DNA from: Pholidichthys leucotaenia
Lineage: Eukaryota
NCBI GenBank assembly: GCA_020510985.1
Contig: CM035838.1
Span: 342,515,700-342,579,699 of the forward strand
Direction: 5' to 3'
Length of the DNA stretch: 64,000 bases
Shown here: positions 1 through 13,185 of the stretch, piece after piece
How positions within the stretch are numbered: the first letter of the stretch is position 1
How the letters are laid out: each line of letters begins with the position of its first letter
The notes under the pieces: generated by a model
What the model saw: the letters and a program-made list of their open reading frames with translations, nothing else
What the model was told of the DNA's origin: nothing
Database searches by the model: none
Position numbers and translations under genes: made by a program

Positions 1-42
1 AAACACGGGGTAAAACATTTTATCCCTACATCTGGTCCTCCC

Positions 43-1359
43 GTGTTTGCAAAAGCTCGGCGCTTGGATGCAGTTAAGCTCGCCATTGCGCGCAAGGAGT
101 TCGCCAGCCTAGAGAGGCTGGGCATCGTTCGTAGGTCAAAAAGCCCGTGGGCTTCGCCGCTGCACATGGTACCGAAAGCTGATGGCTCCTGGAGACCGTG
201 TGGCGATTACCGCAGGCTAAACAATGCTACGGCGCACGATCGTTATCCCATCCCGCACATTCAGGATTTTTCGGTGCACCTGGCGGGGGCGCGCATTTTT
301 TCAAAGATTGATCTGGTTCGCGGCTATCACCAAGTCCCAGTCCAACCGGGGGACATTCCTAAAACAGCGGTAATAACCCCGTTCGGACTTTGTGAATTTT
401 TACGCATGCCGTTTGGTCTCAAAGGGGCGGCGCAAACGTTTCAGCGGATGATGGATGCCGTGTTACGCGATCTCCCTTTCGTGTTTGTGTACCTCGACGA
501 CATTTTGGTCGCGAGTACTTCAGAGGACGAACACGAAACGCACCTCACAGCAGGTTTTAAGAGGCTGGGAGAGCACGGCTTAATAATTAACCCAACCAAG
601 TGCCAGTTCGGCGTCGAGCAGATCGATTTTTTGGGTCACCGCGTCTCCCCAGAGGGAGCGGTTCCGTTACCAGATAAAGTACGCGCGGTAGCAGATTTTC
701 CCCGGCCACAAACGGTCAAATCACTGCAGAAATTCTTGGGGATGGTGAATTTTTATAACCGATTCCTGCCCCACGCAGCTCAAATCATGCAACCGTTATA
801 TGCCGCGCTCAAAAAGCAAAAACCAACCCAGGCGGTCGAATGGTCGCGGGAGCGCGCGTTCACAGAGGTTAAAAAAGCCTTGGCTGACGCTGCGCTCCTG
901 GCCCACCCAGACCCGGCAGCGCGTATCGCGCTGACGACAGACGCTTCAGATTTAGCCATAGGGGCCGTTATTGAGCAACAGGTCGCCGGGGTTTGGCAGC
1001 CGTTGGCTTTCTTTAGCAAATCCTTAAGCGCGGCTGAGCGAAAATACAGCACGTTCGACAGAGAACTGTTGGCGCTGCATTTGGCTATTCGTCATTTCCA
1101 GTTCTGGCTGGAAGGACGGTGCTTCACCGCTTATGTGGACCACAAGCCGCTCCCATACGCCATGGCCAAAATTTCAGACCCGTGGTCAGGCAGGCAGCAG
1201 AGGCAGCTGGCCGCGATCTCGGAATTTACCACTGACATTAGGCACGTTGCGGGCAAATTCAATGCAGTAGCAGATTGTCTCTCGCGCGCGGTCATGACTC
1301 CACCACGCGCAGAGGCAGAACGGGCCACCGTGACGCAGCCCCGGTGCACGTGGGTATAG
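43..1359 (+). CDS. Retrotransposon pol: reverse transcriptase plus RNase H
   Basis: 438-aa ORF containing [53 protein letters not shown] and an RNase H-like region ([11 protein letters not shown]). Confidence 0.85.
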   Translation: MFAKARRLDAVKLAIARKEFASLERLGIVRRSKSPWASPLHMVPKADGSWRPCGDYRRLNNATAHDRYPIPHIQDFSVHLAGARIFSKIDLVRGYHQVPVQPGDIPKTAVITPFGLCEFLRMPFGLKGAAQTFQRMMDAVLRDLPFVFVYLDDILVASTSEDEHETHLTAGFKRLGEHGLIINPTKCQFGVEQIDFLGHRVSPEGAVPLPDKVRAVADFPRPQTVKSLQKFLGMVNFYNRFLPHAAQIMQPLYAALKKQKPTQAVEWSRERAFTEVKKALADAALLAHPDPAARIALTTDASDLAIGAVIEQQVAGVWQPLAFFSKSLSAAERKYSTFDRELLALHLAIRHFQFWLEGRCFTAYVDHKPLPYAMAKISDPWSGRQQRQLAAISEFTTDIRHVAGKFNAVADCLSRAVMTPPRAEAERATVTQPRCTWV

Positions 1360-2678
1360 ATTACACAGCCATGGCAGCGGACCAGGGGGCGGACGCAGAC
1401 GTGCGCGCGCTCCAGTCTGGACCAACAGGGTTAAGGCTGGAGAGCAAGTGTTTACAAACCGGTATGCCCCCCCTGATCTGCGACGTGTCGACGGGGCGCC
1501 CGCGTCCGGTGGTTCCGGCCGCGTGGCGCCGCCGTGTTTTTGACTCTGTCCACTCACTGGCGCACCCGGGGGTGCGCGCGTCGGTGAAAATGGTGGCGGA
1601 AAAGTTTGTTTGGCCGTGCCTGCGCAAGCACGTGAAGGAATGGGCAAAAACCTGCATTTCCTGTCAACGGGCCAAAATTCACAAGCACACAAGAGCCCCG
1701 TTAGAACCGTTTCGCATTCCAGCCAGAAGGTTCGACCACGTGCACGTCGACCTCGTGGGCCCCCTACCGGCATCACAGGGGTTCACGCATCTTTTGACAA
1801 TGGTGGACCGAACCACACGTTGGCCGGAAGTGGTCCCACTTGCGACGACCACGGCCGCGGAGGTGGCTCGCGTTTTTTTGACGGCTTGGGTGGCGCGCTT
1901 CGGGGTTCCGTCGGACATCACGTCCGATAGAGGACCTCAATTCGTCTCCGAGCTGTGGTCAGCGATGGCCAACGGCTTGGGAGCCAAAATTCACCGCACT
2001 ACGGCTTACCACCCTCAGGCTAATGGTTTATGCGAGCGTTTTCATAGGTCTTTGAAGGCAACACTCAGAGCGTCGCTCACGGATGCAGATTGGGTAAATA
2101 AACTACCATGGGTTTTATTAGGGTTGCGTTCTGCGCCCAAAGAAGACTTAGACGCCTCCCCAGCGGAGCTGGTATTCGCACAACCTCTTAGGCTGCCAGG
2201 CGAGTTTTTACCAGAGCACCCGGAGCCCCCACCTCTCCCGGCTCTGGGACAGTTAGTTGGCACGGGAGCAGACACGCTTCCGGGTCCGGTTCATCACGCT
2301 TTTCCACGAGTTTTCGTCCCCAAGGCTTTGAAAAATGCCGAGTTCATTTTTGTCAGGCGCGAAGCCCTAAAACCAACACTCAAAACACCTTACGAAGGGC
2401 CATTTCGAGTGCTGGAGGCAGGTGATAAGCAATTTGTGCTAGATTTTGGAGACAGAAAAGAGACAGTCAGTATTGACAGACTAAAACCTGCTTTTGTCAT
2501 GAAGGACGGGTCTGTGCCGGTCGCAGTGGCGCCTCGACGAGGCAGGCCCCCGCAGGGGGCAAATAATCACTCTCTCCCTCAGTCAACAGAGCCGGAGCAG
2601 AAAGGCGCCGCAGGCAAGGCAGGGCCAACTCACAGCAGATTCGGCAGATGGTTGAAGCCCAGGCGGCGCACAGACTGA
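1275..2678 (+). CDS. Retrotransposon pol: integrase; frameshifted overlap with the RT ORF
   Basis: 467-aa ORF with a zinc-binding H..H..C..C region and an rve-like core ([33 protein letters not shown]). Confidence 0.85.
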   Translation: MSLARGHDSTTRRGRTGHRDAAPVHVGIDYTAMAADQGADADVRALQSGPTGLRLESKCLQTGMPPLICDVSTGRPRPVVPAAWRRRVFDSVHSLAHPGVRASVKMVAEKFVWPCLRKHVKEWAKTCISCQRAKIHKHTRAPLEPFRIPARRFDHVHVDLVGPLPASQGFTHLLTMVDRTTRWPEVVPLATTTAAEVARVFLTAWVARFGVPSDITSDRGPQFVSELWSAMANGLGAKIHRTTAYHPQANGLCERFHRSLKATLRASLTDADWVNKLPWVLLGLRSAPKEDLDASPAELVFAQPLRLPGEFLPEHPEPPPLPALGQLVGTGADTLPGPVHHAFPRVFVPKALKNAEFIFVRREALKPTLKTPYEGPFRVLEAGDKQFVLDFGDRKETVSIDRLKPAFVMKDGSVPVAVAPRRGRPPQGANNHSLPQSTEPEQKGAAGKAGPTHSRFGRWLKPRRRTD

Positions 2679-2776
2679 ATGTTGATGTTGATTATACAGT
2701 AGTCAGTAAGATGTTATTGAATTTTAGGGAATAGTCCTTTCTTCATCGTTTGGGGGGGTTTATATGGCTGTGTAGT

Positions 2777-2868
2777 TGTGCATGTACATTTTGGACATAT
2801 GCATATGTGATTTAACTAGTGTGCATGTATATGTTGGACATATGCATATGTGATTTAACCTCACGATG
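2777..2868 (+). repeat. Tandem duplication of a unit of about 45 bp (gtgcatgta.attttggacatatgcatatgtgatttaac) inside the putative LTR
   Basis: Direct visual repeat. Confidence 0.6.
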
Positions 2869-3999
2869 AAGGAGACGCAGAGTCTGAGCCCCCTGCGGAG
2901 GACAGCGAGAGAAGACATAGGTGTGGACAGAAGACTTCCTGACCTCTGAGGCTCGAGAGGAGAGAGGGGGGAGTAATGTAAATAAAGGGATGATGAATGT
3001 GAATAAAGGGATTGTGATGGGGATGTGTGACCTCCCCTGCGAGGGAGATTCCTTTATGTGAGAATGTTTAAAAGGAGGACTTTGGTGTGTTTCCTCCTCT
3101 TTGTTTGCTGCTCAAGAATGAGAGCAGACTGTGGGAATGATTGCTTGAAATAAACTTGAATTAAATGCAATTCAGTTTCGTTATTCAAGGCTCCCCACAG
3201 TGGGTATTTTTTACTCCCCAAAATATTGAGGCTGAATTTGTGGATTGGGGTCTCGGAGCTGAGGGTCCATGGCCTTAGTATTCTCTGCCCCATAGCTAAA
3301 AATGTTCCTGATCATGGGCTTTTAATAAATGCTGCAACTTACAGTTTTTACAGATTGTTGTTGTGGCTTCAGTTTTTATCACAATAATTGCTGACATTGA
3401 TTTTCTGGTAAATTATTTTAAAATATATGTGACTAACTTCCCACGTTGGAACCAACAAAGTAAATCTATCCATCCTTCTGCCCACCCATCTGACAAGAGG
3501 CTTTAAAATCACATTTTCCTTTTTAATGGAAACAATTAAAAAATTTAATCCAATAATGAAGATGCATCCTCCTGGGCTCTGCAACCCCCAAACACACACA
3601 CATGAACACAGACACAGGGACAGGGACACACCACAGCATCACCACGCTGGCGCCTGAAAAACAAGATATTTTCTTCTGCGAGCTCCATCTGGTGGACCAG
3701 CAGCTCAGGAGCCAAGGCAGATGCAAGGGGTACCGTTGCATCTCAGAAAGTTAGAATACTGTTAAAATTTATATGTATTTTTTATGATTTCATTCTAGAT
3801 TTAAACGTATGTAAACCAAGGGAAATATTTCAAGCCTTTTTGTTTTAACTTTGATTTATAGCTTATTGAAAACAGAAATCTAGCATCTCACATTATTAGT
3901 ACATTTCATTTTAAGTTTGAATAAATTACCATTTGAACAGTATAAATACTGAATATGTTACAGTTCAGCACACACAACCACAGTCACTGGGAAGATGAC

Positions 4000-4860
4000 T
4001 GACTAGTTGTCCAGAAGACAATCAACACTCCACAAGGAGGGTAAGCCACAGAAGACCATTGCTGAAAAGACTGGCAGAAAAAGGTGTGTGAGCAACAGGG
4101 ATGACTGTCGCCTTGAGAAGAAAAGTCGGTTCAGAAACTTGGGGGAGCTTCGGCAGGCATGGACCAAGTCTGGTGTCGGCGCATCAAGTGCCACCACACA
4201 GTTGTCTATGGGAAAGTGGATACAACTGTCGTGTTCCTAATAGGATACTCCTGAACCAGAGGTGTCAGAAGTGTCTTAAGTGGGTTAAAGAGAAAAATAA
4301 CTAGACTGTTGTTCAGTAGTCCAACGTCATCATGGTGGAAGAAAAGTTTGCATTTTATTTGGAAATCAAGGACCTAGAAGTGTAGGGAAAAAATGGTCTG
4401 ATGATTTGGGGCGCCATGTCATCTGCTGGTGTTGGTCCACTGTGCTTTACAAGTCCAAAGTCAACACTGCTATCTACCAGGAAATTTTAGAGCACTTCAT
4501 GCTTCCATAAAGCTTTTCAGCAGTTGGAGATGCAGATTTCCTTGTCCAGCGGGACTTGGCACCACCCCAATGACAACTTATATGAAACTGTTTGTTGACC
4601 ATAAAGGTACTGTGTTCTGACTGGTCAGCCTGCTGTCCTGACCTGAACCCCATAGATTCTCTATGGAGTATAGTCAAGATGAATAACACCCGAGCCAAAA
4701 ATACTGATGAGCTAAAAGCTGCTACCAAAGCACCTTGTTCTTCAATAAGACCTCAGTGCCACCACTCACCTCCCCGCCATTGCTCATTGATGCTGTAATT
4801 CTTAGTAAAGGAGCAACAACCAAGTACTGAGTGTATAAATGAATACACTTTTCATGAGTT
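4000..4860 (+). mobile_element. Degenerate Tc1/mariner transposase remnant
   Basis: Scattered frames give LHKEGKPQKTIAEKTGRK (helix-turn-helix), WGAMSSAGVGPLCF and CCPDLNPIDSLWSIVK...NTDELKAA (DDE C-terminus). Multiple stops and frameshifts. Confidence 0.6.
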
Positions 4861-7365
4861 TGACACTTCTGCATTATAAATCCTGTTTGGATTGATCTTA
4901 GGGAATAGTTTACAATTCAAGATAGGACTGCTAAATTTCTCATGTTGATCAAAATTAAAACAAAATGCTTTAACTATTTCCATTTACTTGTAAGGAACAT
5001 AAAATACTGTATAAAACACTTATTTTTTGGAATCAAACCAATAAATGAAACATTTCCCCAATATAATTTTTGAGATGCACCTGTAATCTTTCCATTTTAC
5101 AATACTGATGCTGAGGCTTGTGACTGTCCTCCTTCTAACCAAAACCACACAGGTTGCCAGGTTGAGGACAAGCCAAATGGGCGCAATAACACACATTTGT
5201 GCTGGCATGACTCCTCCACGGTAAGTGGTTTGTTTTAGGCAGGGCAGAAATTCTCTTTTGTCCTGTTCTCTTGCTCATCTCCATGGTTGCAGCACACCGT
5301 TTTGTCCCATAGAAGTTTTCCTCTCTCTTATCTGGCATCACAGGGGTTCAAAATATGATTGGCTTTGATTTAGTAAGGAGTCCAGCCAACACAGGCCTAC
5401 CCTCCTAGGATGGATTGTGAACTTACCAGTAGGAATGCACAGCTGTAGCATTGTTGGAGAAGCCAGTTTTTCCAACTTAAGTGTTGCTTAAATGTCATCT
5501 TTTAGTAATATTTGAGCTATTATAGATCATAATTAGATGTCTTAAAGGTAGAATATGCAGTATTTTCTGCTTTTAAATATTCTATAAAAACTAAAAATGT
5601 AATTAGAGTTTAAAGAAACATTTCTTCTACCGTCATGCCAAATATGATAATTGATATATCGATATTGCAGAGCTGTGAATTCAAACAGTGATAAATACCA
5701 TGTTACACCAGCAGGGTGAGTCTAGAGCCAGTTTTCATCTCAGAGTCAAAAAAATCCTGTTTTAACTTGTGTTAATCTCTGGAGTAGGGCAGAACATGTA
5801 ACGACACCAGTTAATTACCGGTTCACTTGGAGTAGACAAACTTGAAGAAGCCGTCATGGGCCATCAAACTCATTTCAGTCTAGTTGGTAAAGGTTCATTA
5901 CTGCCATCTGCTGTTGCCAGTAATCACCTGCAAGTTCTACATAGTCCACCTTTAAACAGAAGGAACAAACATTTTAACCATCTGACTGATGCGTCACTTG
6001 AAATCAAGTCACAAATTCAAACCAGCCTGCAGGTGCTTATTACGTCTGAGAGCTTCTAAGATCTGTATCCTCCGTTTGTAGTCAAAATTAGGGATAAACA
6101 TACAAAATTTAAAATTAAAGTAAAATATTAACATTTTTTGATGTGCCAAAATATGCTTTGATAAGTTTTTACCTTTCCAATGTGTCGAATTTATTAGGAA
6201 GGTCATGTCTGGCCCTCGGGCTTTGTTATTAAGAATCGTTACGTCAACCGATCTGATTGACAAATTTGTAAAGCATTTTTTTAAACCAGAAGTGATTTCT
6301 TAAATGACAGGTGACATGATTCTTCTGACTGAATGTTTTCCACCGTGAAGTCAAAGCAGGATTTTTAAAGGTTAATGTCATGCTGGCAGCCATCACATAC
6401 GCTGCAGCTGCTAGGTGGTGCACCGCCGTTGAGCCCATCACAGTTTGATGCATTTGTCTCTACACAATAAATAAAATTCTCTCCTACATAACAGCGTCCT
6501 TGAGTGGCTGCAACGACAAAATACTGTAGATGAAAATTTATTTGATATCTGCTCATTTTTTTTATGCAACACTCTATTCAACGCTGCTTGTGACGTTTTG
6601 AGTCAAAATTAAATTTTAAAAAAAGAAAGTACTCAAAAGTATGTTAAGGCAAGTTTTTAATATTGCATCAACCATGTCGGCCTTTACAATCCAAACCTCA
6701 TTTAGTAGACGGCAGCACTGAAACAGACTTGGCTTCTTAACGGACATCAGAACTTAGTAAGGCAATGGAGGGAGGTCAGATTCTCCCCTTTTTAAAAAAA
6801 AAAAAAAAAAAACTTAAGACATTTGATATCACCAGTAAACTCGCTTTAAATGAAGGAGTGCAAAAAGCAGGAAGAAAAAAATCTTTGGTTGTCAGATCAC
6901 AGGACTTAAAGGGCTGTTTGTAGGCACATTTCTTCATAAATTTTCACCGCTGGTTCTCCATCCTAATGTAAACTCTATAGTATATGCTTAGCAACACGTA
7001 TGAAAGCTGGATTTAAACCAGACAATTTTCCACTACAATCCTGGTCCACATGGCTGAGTGTCCATTAAATCTAGCAGAAAAAAAGAAAAAGGGCAAATCA
7101 GTACCATGCATTACATCACCTAATATTTACCTGCTGAATTTCAAGAGAAAAGGAGCAAATATCTGCATTGCTCACATAAAAAAAACAATTATAACTTTAA
7201 TTAAAGAGAAAAATGTAAATAAAATTATATTGTATACCAGACAGTCCACTCCCCAAATTTCTTGTCTTTAATAAATCTATTAATAAACCATTTTAAAAAC
7301 TATTTTGTAAGGAGACAAATAGCATCACAAAATCTCCAATTTGTTTAAAAGCAGTGATTGGCTTT

Positions 7366-7371
7366 TTTATT
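7366..7371 (-). terminator. mvp: Probable mvp polyadenylation signal (AATAAA on the minus strand)
   Basis: TTTATT on the plus strand about 50 nt downstream of the stop codon, which would give a short 3'UTR. Confidence 0.5.
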
Positions 7372-7421
7372 GCAGAGATCTAAAGAACTTCAAAGGTTTA
7401 CCTTGGAGCGCGTCTTCTTCA

Positions 7422-7544
7422 TTAGGCCTGACCCGGGCCCGGCAGCGCCCCCAGCAGACCACTGGCTGTGGTGAAGAGGTTGATGGGAGATGAACCGTCC
7501 GTGATGAGGGTCGATTTGAGTCCCAGAGCCTGAAGCATCTTCAC
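7422..7544 (-). CDS. mvp: MVP last coding exon: [40 protein letters not shown]
   Basis: Acceptor gtcctcccctgcag|GTGAAG. The stop codon TAA is at 7422-7424. Matches human [32 protein letters not shown], with a shorter C-terminal tail. Confidence 0.85.
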   Translation of the reverse strand: MKMLQALGLKSTLITDGSSPINLFTTASGLLGALPGPGQA

Positions 7545-7725
7545 CTGCAGGGGAGGACAAAAAAAGGGGCCAGACTTTAAACGACATATCACAGTCAATG
7601 GTTTAAACATCAAATTTATTAGGGGCACAGATAAAATGTAGTGGAAGACCATATTTGGCCCTCATTCATTGTCACTGATCCCTGTGCATTAAAGGGTTGT
7701 GGAGGAACTCTCAGCAGGACAGCAC

Positions 7726-7914
7726 CTGCATCTCAGGCCCGGCTCTGGCGATCTCCTTGAGCGTGTCGCTGCCCAGAGAGTCCATCATCTGCTTGAAGCG
7801 TTTACTCTCAATCTCCGCCAGGTTCTGCTGCTTCTCCACCTCCAGCTGGTCCATCTCCTTCTTGTAGTTCAGCTCCTGCTGACGAGCCTTCGCCAGCCGC
7901 TCCAGCTCTGCATC
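7726..7914 (-). CDS. mvp: MVP exon: DAELERLAKARQQELNYKKEMDQLEVEKQQNLAEIESKRFKQMMDSLGSDTLKEIARAGPEMQ
   Basis: Acceptor gtatgtag|GATGCA, donor ATGCAG|gtgctg. Matches the human coiled-coil segment [61 protein letters not shown]. Confidence 0.85.
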
Positions 7915-8162
7915 CTACATACACGACACATTGCAGAATAGGGGAAGAGTTCTATGAAGAACCCCTAGAAAAGATGTATGCTTACTGGAGGAGAAGCAAC
8001 ACAGAAGGATTGTGGGATCATGGGTCACTCAGACTGCTAGAAACTATAAAAATAAAATCTTGGACAGAGCTGTGTTGACATTTTGTATCCTTATCTTTAC
8101 AGAGGCTGTATTTCTGTCACTTAAAAAAAAAAAAAAAGGTCAGAGTGTGCATGTGAACGTAC

Positions 8163-8289
8163 TGCCTCAATCCTCTGAGCCTCGGTCTTCAGTTTGGCCT
8201 CATTGACTGCTGCCTCTCCCTGAATACGAGCTGCCTCCGCCCGAGACTGCGCCTCGGCCTTCGCTGCTCCAGTACTCTCCACCGCCGCA
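8163..8289 (-). CDS. mvp: MVP exon: (S)[42 protein letters not shown]
   Basis: Acceptor ctgtgtcag|T, donor GCA|gtacgt. Matches human [44 protein letters not shown]. Confidence 0.85.
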
Positions 8290-8879
8290 CTGACACAGAA
8301 TGAGGATCAATAAAAGTGTTCATATTCTGCATCTGTTACAAGACATTCTTGTAAACTTACATTAAATAAATCAAGCATTCTCCTATGACAAACTCCAAAC
8401 AATAAGACATCTAATAAATGATTGGATGATCAGTTCAGACTAAAAACCTTTAGTTACAATAACGTTAGACATCCTGGTTAAATGTTTTAACCAGACTCAT
8501 TCCAATCTGATGAACACTGAAGTCACCAAAATCCTTCTCTCTCTCTCTCCTTCCATTATATGGATGTAGAAAGGGGGAAGTATCGAACATGTCAACATTT
8601 CTTCAGTACACATATTTTCAATGAGGCAATTCGCATCAACATTTCACCTGAAGAAAGCCACATAATGAAATCAAAACATTTAAATCCATGAATAAAGTTG
8701 TTTGTAATAAAGTAGAATGAAGCAGGAATAAAGTACTGAACACATTAGAAAAAGTGACCCCCCCCCCCCCAAGGCATGGGGTAGAAAGGAAGTTCTACCT
8801 CCCATAAGGGGAAATTAATATCGGCAGATAGGTGGCTATAAAAAGGATTTTTTGTTACCAAGGTGTCACAAGAAACATC

Positions 8880-9480
8880 TCATGATGGGTAAAAGACGAG
8901 CTCTCCCAAAACCTACCAGGGAGTCAAAAGGGATAGTTTGAAGAGTAAACCAAGAGCCAAGGACAACCCTGAAAGATCTCCAGAAAGACTTTGAGGCGGC
9001 AAAATTGTGACAGAGAAAACAACAGGCAATGCACTCTACTATAATGGGCTACATCCATGCTCACCTCTCCAAGAGTCCATTATTAAAGAAAAGACATTGT
9101 TTAAAGTTTGCAAAGCAGCATTTGGACAAGCCTGTGAAATACTGAGTGCAGTGTTGTCGGATGAGATGAACATTCAACTTTTTGACTGTTTGAGAAAGAA
9201 CTGGTAGTGCACATTACCCAAAGAACACTAATCCTACAGTGAAGTTTGGAGGTAGAAGTATCATGGTGTGGGGCTGTTTCTCATCTCATGGTACTGGCAG
9301 ACTTCATGAATTAAAGGAACAATAAATGAACAATCTATTGCCATCCACCAAAATGATGAGACATTCCAGCAGAAACATGATTCCAAACACAAAGTAAGGG
9401 AAACTATTAGTTTGTAACAAAGAAAGTCAAGTTGTTAGACACAGCCCAGTCAATAAGCTGACTTATTAAATTTTCCTATT
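8880..9480 (+). mobile_element. Degenerate Tc1-like transposase fragment
   Basis: PTVKFGGRSIMVWGCFSSHGTGRLHEL and QKHDSKHK-like segments, with stops. Confidence 0.5.
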
Positions 9481-10274
9481 TAAAAAATTGTGACAAGAAC
9501 TAAAGATCAGGATTCACACGAGGGCCGTAAAGTTTTCAGGATTTCCAGGCAGTCTGTTTAGAAATGGCCAAACTCCTACCTGAGCACTGTGGGAGATTAG
9601 TTTCTTCATACAGGAATGTTTTGAAGCCATCTTTGCAAACAAAGCCTTCACTGCTGTGTTCAGCTATTTTTCCCCCGTTTCATTTCACTTCACATAACTT
9701 TATATATCACCTTAAATATTTTGATTTTTTTATATATGTCTGGATTTCTTAAGTTAATACTGAAGTCTGGTAAAAATTTCACATGGATAACTTCATAGGA
9801 AATATATGAGCTGGAAAAAATGTTGACGTGTTCAATACTTATTTTCCCCAGTGTATAAAAATGTCAAAACATTAAATTTATAACTGGAAATGGAGGCGAG
9901 AGGAAAGGGACCTTTAACAGAAAATAGCAAAAAAGCTTTTTTGGGGTTCACCTGCAATTTGATGATTAAAATGCCAATAAAATGTCTTCTCCTGTAACAG
10001 TAATACTGGAACCAAAATAGTCATGTGGTCTGTAGGCCAGTGGAAGAAGTGGCTGAAAATCGTTTTAATTTAAACATGTTCCTTTTCTTAGCAGCAATGC
10101 TGAGAAAGTCAAATTAAATTCTGTCTGATCTTAAAATTTTACAAATTACCATGAAAAAAAAAAAAAAAAAGAATTTCAACTGAAAGGTTGTGCGTTATAA
10201 AGCACTGCATGGTGACGGTCTTTCTGGCCTGCAGTTGTGGCTTTTTCTGTCTGAAATGTGCATCCCTCATTCAC

Positions 10275-10391
10275 CTGAGCGCCTCCAGCTCCAGCAGCTC
10301 CTTCCTGGCTCTCTCAGCCTCGGCCTGGTCGGTGATCTTCTGCCTCTCCAGCTTTCCCCGGGCCTCCTGCTCCAGACGTTCCGCCTCGTGG
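10275..10391 (-). CDS. mvp: MVP exon: (R)[38 protein letters not shown](S)
   Basis: Acceptor ctgtgcag|C, donor AG|gtgaat. Matches human [39 protein letters not shown]. Confidence 0.9.
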
Positions 10392-10472
10392 CTGCACAGA
10401 AACGCAAAAACCCCGTGAAGCCAACTGAACACACTGGAGTTTGGGGATTGCGTTTACGTATTCGTGTCGCAC

Positions 10473-10684
10473 CGTGCGGCCGCCTCCTGGGAGTTAGTGG
10501 TGATCTCAATGGCCAGCTGGACGCTCTTCTGCAGGGCGTCCCGTGTGCGTTGGTCCACGGGCTCCACTGACTGGATGTCCACGCTACTGATCACCAGGTT
10601 GTTCTGGCTGAAGCGAAGACTCGGGCGGATCTGCAGCTTCTCGTCAAAGCCGAACACAGCTGAGCAGATGATCCTGTTTGAGTT
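10473..10684 (-). CDS. mvp: MVP exon: [70 protein letters not shown](R)
   Basis: Acceptor ttttttttttgtcctgctccag, donor CG|gtgcga. Matches human NSARIIRTAVFGF...[41 protein letters not shown]. Confidence 0.9.
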
Positions 10685-10886
10685 CTGGAGCAGGACAAAA
10701 AAAAAAAGACATTTTGGCCCAAGTCCACATTCTGTTTATAAATTGCAATGTCACAGCACCCATTTGTCCAAACAGTAGGGAACAGAATAAAAACATGGGT
10801 CCCTTTAAGGTAGGGCTGCCCAAATGAGCCTGAACTACAGACTGTTTAAGTGCATCAGATGAAGATGAAAACAGTGGAACTCAAAC

Positions 10887-11031
10887 CTTGTGAAAATCAT
10901 CAAACTGAACGGATGCAACAGCTCCTCTGATCCGCGAGGCGATTGCTTTAGAGGCGTCGCCCACAAAGTCAGGGACGGAAAACAGAGCTGCTGCATCAGC
11001 AGGGTCTGTTCTAGACTTCACCTCAAAATGC
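10887..11031 (-). CDS. mvp: MVP exon: (W)[48 protein letters not shown]
   Basis: Acceptor cccctccatcccctcag, donor CACAAG|gtttga. Matches human [48 protein letters not shown]. Confidence 0.9.
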
Positions 11032-11390
11032 CTGAGGGGATGGAGGGGCCACGGTTAGAAACTCAGTCACATAACATGATGGAAAGGGTATACATAATAG
11101 AGTAGACATAATGAGAGAAAAGTATCTGAATTATTTAGACATTAACCTGCAGAATTACAGTGGTGTGAAAAAGTGCTTGCCCCCTTCCTGATTTCTCATG
11201 TTTTGTATGTTTGTCACACTTAAATAAATGTTTCAGACCATCAAATTTAAATATTAGACAAAGATAACACAAGTAAACACAAAAATGCAGTTTTTTAAAT
11301 GAAGGCGTTTATTATTAAGGAGGAAAAAAAAAATCCAAACCTAAATGGCCCTGTGTAAAAAAGTGATTGCCCCCCCGTTAAAACATAAAT

Positions 11391-11530
11391 TAAGTAAGTA
11401 AGATAAGCCTTTATTAGTCCCACAACGGGGAAATTCCAGGATTGCAACAGCACAGGGATAGCAACACTCAGAGCAACAATCAGAAGGCAAGAAAAAAAAA
11501 AAAAAAAACAAGCAAGCAAGAGCAGCTAAT
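11391..11530 (-). mobile_element. Inverted LINE 3'-terminal segment (last about 135 bp of the LINE 3'UTR, ending in (taaga)n)
   Basis: Reverse complement of 15111-15247 and 47855-47988. Confidence 0.75.
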
Positions 11531-11683
11531 ATTTTATTTTTTTTATTTTTTCTCTCGGCGCCACACGAGTAGGCTGCCTTTTGCAACAGCGGCTCGATTC
11601 CGAGTCTTTTTCCCTTCCTCTCTCTTTTGATCCGTCTTTTTTTTTTCACCCCACTTATATCACGGACACACAGATCGTCCTAA

Positions 11684-13024
11684 ATGTCTCCTGAGCCGGT
11701 GGACGGAGCCACTGTTTATAGCAGGGTACGATACAGCAGAGAACAGCTGCTAGCATTCAACCGCCACCCGGTCCCATTGGAAAAACTCGACATACCGAGA
11801 GAACTGAGGCGAAAACGCCGCGGCTGCCGGGCTGGAGTAAGGCGGAGGACAAAAAATATAAGGTACAGACCCTCCCTTCCATCTGTTGTCATGGGAAAAG
11901 TACGGTCGATACTGGGAAAGTTAGATGAGCTAGCGGCTATCTCCCGTTATGATAGCACATACCGGGAGTGCTCTCTCCTTTTGTTTACTGAGACGTGGCT
12001 AACTGAACTAGCAGCAGATGCTAACATTGAGCTGGAGGGTTTTCACATGATACGAGCTGACCGAACACCAGAGAGTGGCAAGGCTAGGGGCGGTGGAGTG
12101 ATAATGTATGTTAACAACAACTGGTGCAGACCGGGACATATCACTGTTAAACAACGACACTGCAGCAAAGACATTGAGTTGCTAGCTGTTAGCATGAGGC
12201 CTACATATCTCCCGAGAGAACACTCACACGTGATCTGCATTGTTGTTTATGCAAATCTGACGGCGAACGCTGGGACAGCACGTGACGTCATCCATTCAGT
12301 AACCGGCAGGCTGCAGACAGAACACCCAGATGCTCTTCTCCTCATCTCAGGCGATTTCAACCATGTTTCACTGTCTCCCATTCTACCCACGTTCACCCAG
12401 TATGTCACATGCCACACTAGAGACAATAAAACACTGGATTTATTCTACGCAAACACTAAGGAGGCGTACACCTCATCACAACTCCCCCCACTCGGGAGAT
12501 CGGATCACAACTTGGTTCATCTCCGGCCGGTGTACAAACCCCTAGTGCACAGACAACCTCCGGCCATGCACACTGTGGAGTTATGGTCTGAGGAGACAAT
12601 GGACACCCTAAAGGGCTGTTTTGAAGCCACCGCCTGGAAGCAGCTCTGCGATCCACATGGTGAGGACATCGATGGCCTCATTCACACCTTCACGGGCTAC
12701 CTCAGCTTCTGTGTGGACAAATCCGTTCCCACCAAGACCATACGGCGTCACTCAAACAACAAACCCTGGATCAACCCTGAGATAAAAACACTTCTGAGAG
12801 AGAAGAAGAGGATCTTCAGGTCAGGGAACAGGGAGATGCTGAAGTCCGTACAGAGGGAGCTGAGGAGAAAGATCAGAGAAGGCAAGGACAGCTTCAGGAA
12901 GAAGATGGAGGACAAGCTGCAACAGAGCGACATCAGCGGGGTCTGGAGAAACCTCAAAACCATCTCGGGGCTCCAGAATACCTCCCCCAGGCCACAGGGG
13001 GCAGGGAGTGGGCGAACAACCTGA
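11684..13024 (+). CDS. LINE ORF: N-terminal region plus apurinic/apyrimidinic-type endonuclease (frameshifted from the RT)
   Basis: LLLFTETWL, ISGDFNH and GRSDHNLVHL endonuclease-like motifs. Confidence 0.75.
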   Translation: MSPEPVDGATVYSRVRYSREQLLAFNRHPVPLEKLDIPRELRRKRRGCRAGVRRRTKNIRYRPSLPSVVMGKVRSILGKLDELAAISRYDSTYRECSLLLFTETWLTELAADANIELEGFHMIRADRTPESGKARGGGVIMYVNNNWCRPGHITVKQRHCSKDIELLAVSMRPTYLPREHSHVICIVVYANLTANAGTARDVIHSVTGRLQTEHPDALLLISGDFNHVSLSPILPTFTQYVTCHTRDNKTLDLFYANTKEAYTSSQLPPLGRSDHNLVHLRPVYKPLVHRQPPAMHTVELWSEETMDTLKGCFEATAWKQLCDPHGEDIDGLIHTFTGYLSFCVDKSVPTKTIRRHSNNKPWINPEIKTLLREKKRIFRSGNREMLKSVQRELRRKIREGKDSFRKKMEDKLQQSDISGVWRNLKTISGLQNTSPRPQGAGSGRTT

Positions 13025-13185
13025 ATCTGTTTTTCAATAGATTTGACCAACCGCCCTCCCCCCTGACTGCACAACAACCACTGCTGCCTCTAAAGAAATC
13101 AAGTCCTGCTGCCCACTCCCCACTCCACCAACACCCCCCCACTCCCAACACACAGCCCCCCATCCTGACCCTGACCAGGACCCAG

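Larger units (their letters stand above)
1..3198 (+). mobile_element. Ty3/Gypsy-like LTR retrotransposon copy 1; 5' part cut by the window edge; pol RT-RNaseH-INT plus a putative 3' LTR (about 2765-3198)
   Basis: Pol ORFs carry the RT motifs [11 protein letters not shown] and YLDDIL and an integrase with HVDLVGPLP...[15 protein letters not shown]. After pol there is a poly-G purine tract (tttgggggggtt) and a terminus ...ggctccccaca. Same family as the copies at 23700-28370 and 57853-62299. Confidence 0.7.

Noticed and set aside
780-1776. Minus-strand ORFs (90, 72 and 196 aa) inside the retrotransposon pol.
   Set aside because: They are antisense frames of the RT and integrase coding sequence, with GC-rich codon bias artefacts.
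7699-7941. Plus-strand 80-aa ORF (MEELSAGQHLHLRPG...).
   Set aside because: It is antisense to mvp exon 15. The coding sense is the minus strand.
10190-10778. Plus-strand ORFs of 76-126 aa.
   Set aside because: They are antisense to mvp exons 12 and 13, so these are spurious frames.
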